NCBI RefSeq assembly: GCF_009914755.1
Contig: NC_060930.1
Reading direction: 5' to 3' (one strand)
Length of the DNA stretch: 64,000 bases
From: the human T2T-CHM13v2.0 reference genome, Homo sapiens
A model generated the notes under the pieces. The model did no database searches. It was not told where the DNA came from and saw only the letters and a list, made by a program, of their open reading frames with translations. Position numbers and translations under genes: made by a program. This document shows positions 61,096-64,000 of this stretch, piece by piece. Each line of letters begins with the position of its first letter. Positions within the stretch are counted from its first letter, which is position 1.

Positions 61096-61271
61096 CGTTC
61101 TGTTTGATTTAGTATTCAACACAGACACGTTATACTTCAGATTGGAGTATATTTGTTGCATGGAAACAGGAAGGTCTTCTGGATTTCTCTTCCACTTCTC
61201 TGGAGCTGTCAGGACAACAGAAATGGACTTCTCATCTGTAGTCAGTGCCACCTCTGGTGGGCCAATTTGTG
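61096..61271 (-). CDS. IL20RA: IL20RA exon 4 (176 nt): first half of FNIII domain 2
   Basis: ccccctttaag|CA CAA... (T)QIGPPEVALTTDEKSISVVLTAPEKWKRNPEDLPVSMQQIYSNLKYNVSVLNTKSNRT|gtaagc. Upstream exons lie beyond the window. Confidence 0.97.
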
Positions 61272-61364
61272 CTTAAAGGGGGAGAAAGAGGGTATTATCA
61301 TGTTCAGATGAAAAATTACCTTAGGTAAAGCTACCATATAATCCTACTTGGATCAAGGCCCTAA

Positions 61365-61675
<311 letters not shown>

Positions 61676-61971
61676 CTTAAAAGACACCTTCTTACAGGAG
61701 ATGCCCCAAAATGTACTAAGGTGGGCCTGAGATATGCCAGATCTTGAAACCATCCTGAAACCAACCTTGAAACCAACCTTCACACAGCCTGATCCCATGT
61801 TAGAACAGCAAACTCAAGTATTCTGTTTCCTTAGTCACATGCATAAACAGTAGATGGTTAATACAATCAAAACTGTTTGTAAGATTTCTGTGACTTGAAA
61901 AGTTGGTGATAAATGACAACAACATGACTTGATAAGTGGAAAATCAGAGATGTGATTAGAATGATCTAGAA

Positions 61972-62306
61972 CAGAGACCAGGCGACTTTTATCCTAAAGG
62001 TCTGGACAGTAAATATTTCAGGCATCGCAGGCCATATGATCTTTGTTGCACTACTCCACTCTTGCTGTATTGCGAAAGCAATCTAAGGTAACTGTGTAAA
62101 CAAATGAGTGTGGCTTGTGTCCCAATAAAACTTTATTTATGAATAGACATCAACATTTCAATTTCCTTTACTTTTCCAATGTCACAAAATATTCCTTGGA
62201 TTTTTAGAAACTATTTAAAAATATAAATACCATTCTTAACTCTTGGCTTGTAGAAAAACAGAAAGGGTGTTGTTGGATTGTCCCAAGGGTAGTTTTCTGA
62301 CCTCTG
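61972..62306 (+). mobile_element. MER58B-like hAT-Charlie element
   Basis: cagtaaatatttcaggcatcgcaggccatatg...gtcccaataaaactttatttat...ttttctgacctctg. Confidence 0.7.
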
Positions 62307-62726
62307 ATCCGGAAGGGCTCCTGGACTTATGGAGCACTTGCAGAGCTCATTATGGCAGCCCTGAGTGGGTCCTTCATGACTGAGTCAGCCATAGCTCAGG
62401 GGATGGCAACATTTTAAAAGTAAATACCAGGAAGAAGTTGCCTTAATTCTGGGTTACACTTGGAAATTACATCATCACACTACCAAGTTCATACAAGAAG
62501 AAGCATAGTGGATAATCAGGACAATGTTTAATCAATCTTGTGGAGACATTAATAGTCCATAAACCCACATTAAATAAAGTCATTTTGTTCCTCAAATTAC
62601 ATAGCTTCCACAAAGTAGTAAGACAAAGTCAAAATTTGATATCATTGTCATCTAGTATCAATTTTGGATCTGGGAGAGATCTTAGAGACCACTTGGTTAA
62701 ACCTTTCACTCTAAAGATGAGACTCA

Positions 62727-62868
62727 GGCTGGGTGCGGTGGCTTATGCCTGTAACCCTAACACTTTGAGAAGCTGAGGTGGGAAGATAGCATGAGCCCAG
62801 GAGTTTGAGACCAGCCTGGCAACATAATGAGGCCCTGTCTCTACAGTCAATCAATCAATCAGTCAATC
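62727..62868 (+). mobile_element. Alu left monomer (FLAM-like) inside a MIR
   Basis: ggctgggtgcggtggcttatgcctgtaa...gtctctac with a (TCAA)n tail; TSD-like tgagactcag flanks. Confidence 0.8.
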
Positions 62869-64000
62869 AAGGTGAGACTCAGAGCCAGCAAGGTTAAGGA
62901 CTTTGTCCTGCTCACTCAACCCACTGGTCCAGAATACAGCCAAGCAGAGTACCTTCCTCTGGGCAAGGCTGTCTGTGAGGCTGAGACTGTTAAACCTGAT
63001 ATGAATACATGTTTAACTGACCATTGCAATAATGGCATTACTTACTTTCTAAAAAAGGATAGAACCGTCCACTTTCAGCCCATTTGGAACACTTTGTTCC
63101 CCAAATGGCCTTAACTTTGGCATAATACTGGTGTTCGTAGTCAGAAGTTTCAGCAGAAAGATCACAGTAGGTTCTATTGATATTTCTGCATTCTGATTTA
63201 TTCAGCCATTTCTTTTGCCCATATCTGCTAAGAAAGAAGCTGAATTAATAATGAGGTGCCCTCTATACTTTACAATAAAAAAACTCAGTCATTTTATAAA
63301 ACTGAATGGAACTGACGACCTTCTCTTCAGAAAAACAAAAGTGCCTGTCATTGAGATAAAAAAGAATCCACTTTTGCGGCGGGCAATTTTTTTCATCAGC
63401 TGTCAGGAACATGAGTCAGAGTTTCTGTAATCACCTTTCTTTCTGTGAATTATAATGTGGACAGTATATTTTGGAAGCATATATTTTACTGTTATTCTTT
63501 GGCTACAGTGAAATTTTTACATATTGTGTGATCAATTCTTCTAGTAATTATCTGTGTAGGTTTTTAGTCTACTATGTACACGAGGTCAGTTTGACGGATT
63601 GTTTGAAGAACAGTTTGTCATTTTTTTCTTGGAAGAAAAATTACTTTGACGTTCTCATAGCATATAAAAATCTAAGTATCAATGATTCTAGGGAAAATAC
63701 ATGAGGCTGGAGTGCATACAGAAATCTGCATTTTTGATAATTATAGTGATGATGATAATATTGACTAGATTGGTCATACTGATTTTCCTTTTCTTTATTA
63801 AAAACACAACCCCCATAGCAAATAGGGAGGTGGCAATATTTTCAGCCCTTTTCAGGTGGGAGAGACTGAAGTGTAGAGTTCAGGTAACATGTGATAAGCC
63901 AGTGAAAGGGACAGGGGAGGCAGTTTGGGAAAGGTGATGGGTTACAAGTGGCAGCCTAGGGAACAGCTGAGAGGACACTACAGTGGTCCAGGGGAAGATG

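Overview
Human genomic DNA. The identity comes from the exons of IL20RA (interleukin-20 receptor alpha), which places it at chr6q23.3. The right-hand ~12 kb holds four coding exons of IL20RA on the minus strand (exons 4-7 by recalled numbering: second FNIII domain, transmembrane exon, long cytoplasmic last exon) plus its 3' UTR. All splice sites are canonical and the phases are consistent. The left ~51 kb is repeat-rich intergenic DNA: about 32 Alus, old L1/L2/MIR fragments, solo LTRs (LTR1-type, LTR2, MER39-type, THE1, MLT1, MLT2, LTR33), hAT and Tigger DNA transposon fossils, a truncated RPL35A processed pseudogene, several tandem repeats and a small CpG-rich island. From memory the lncRNA NHEG1 also lies here. 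Almost all ORFs in the supplied track are Alu-, L1- or VNTR-derived noise. I found no convincing new multi-gene system. The best leads are: (i) two sequence-encoded routes to secreted IL-20RA (skipping the TM exon next to a T13 tract, and intron-4 read-through to a polyA signal); (ii) several locally templated insertion scars, including a two-donor patchwork at 10.6 kb and a cruciform-forming mosaic at 27.8 kb; (iii) an RPL35A-Alu fusion with an open frame; (iv) a THE1 LTR that could act as a lncRNA promoter; (v) dense transcription-factor motif clusters. Repeat subfamily names and repeat boundaries were recognised by eye and are approximate.
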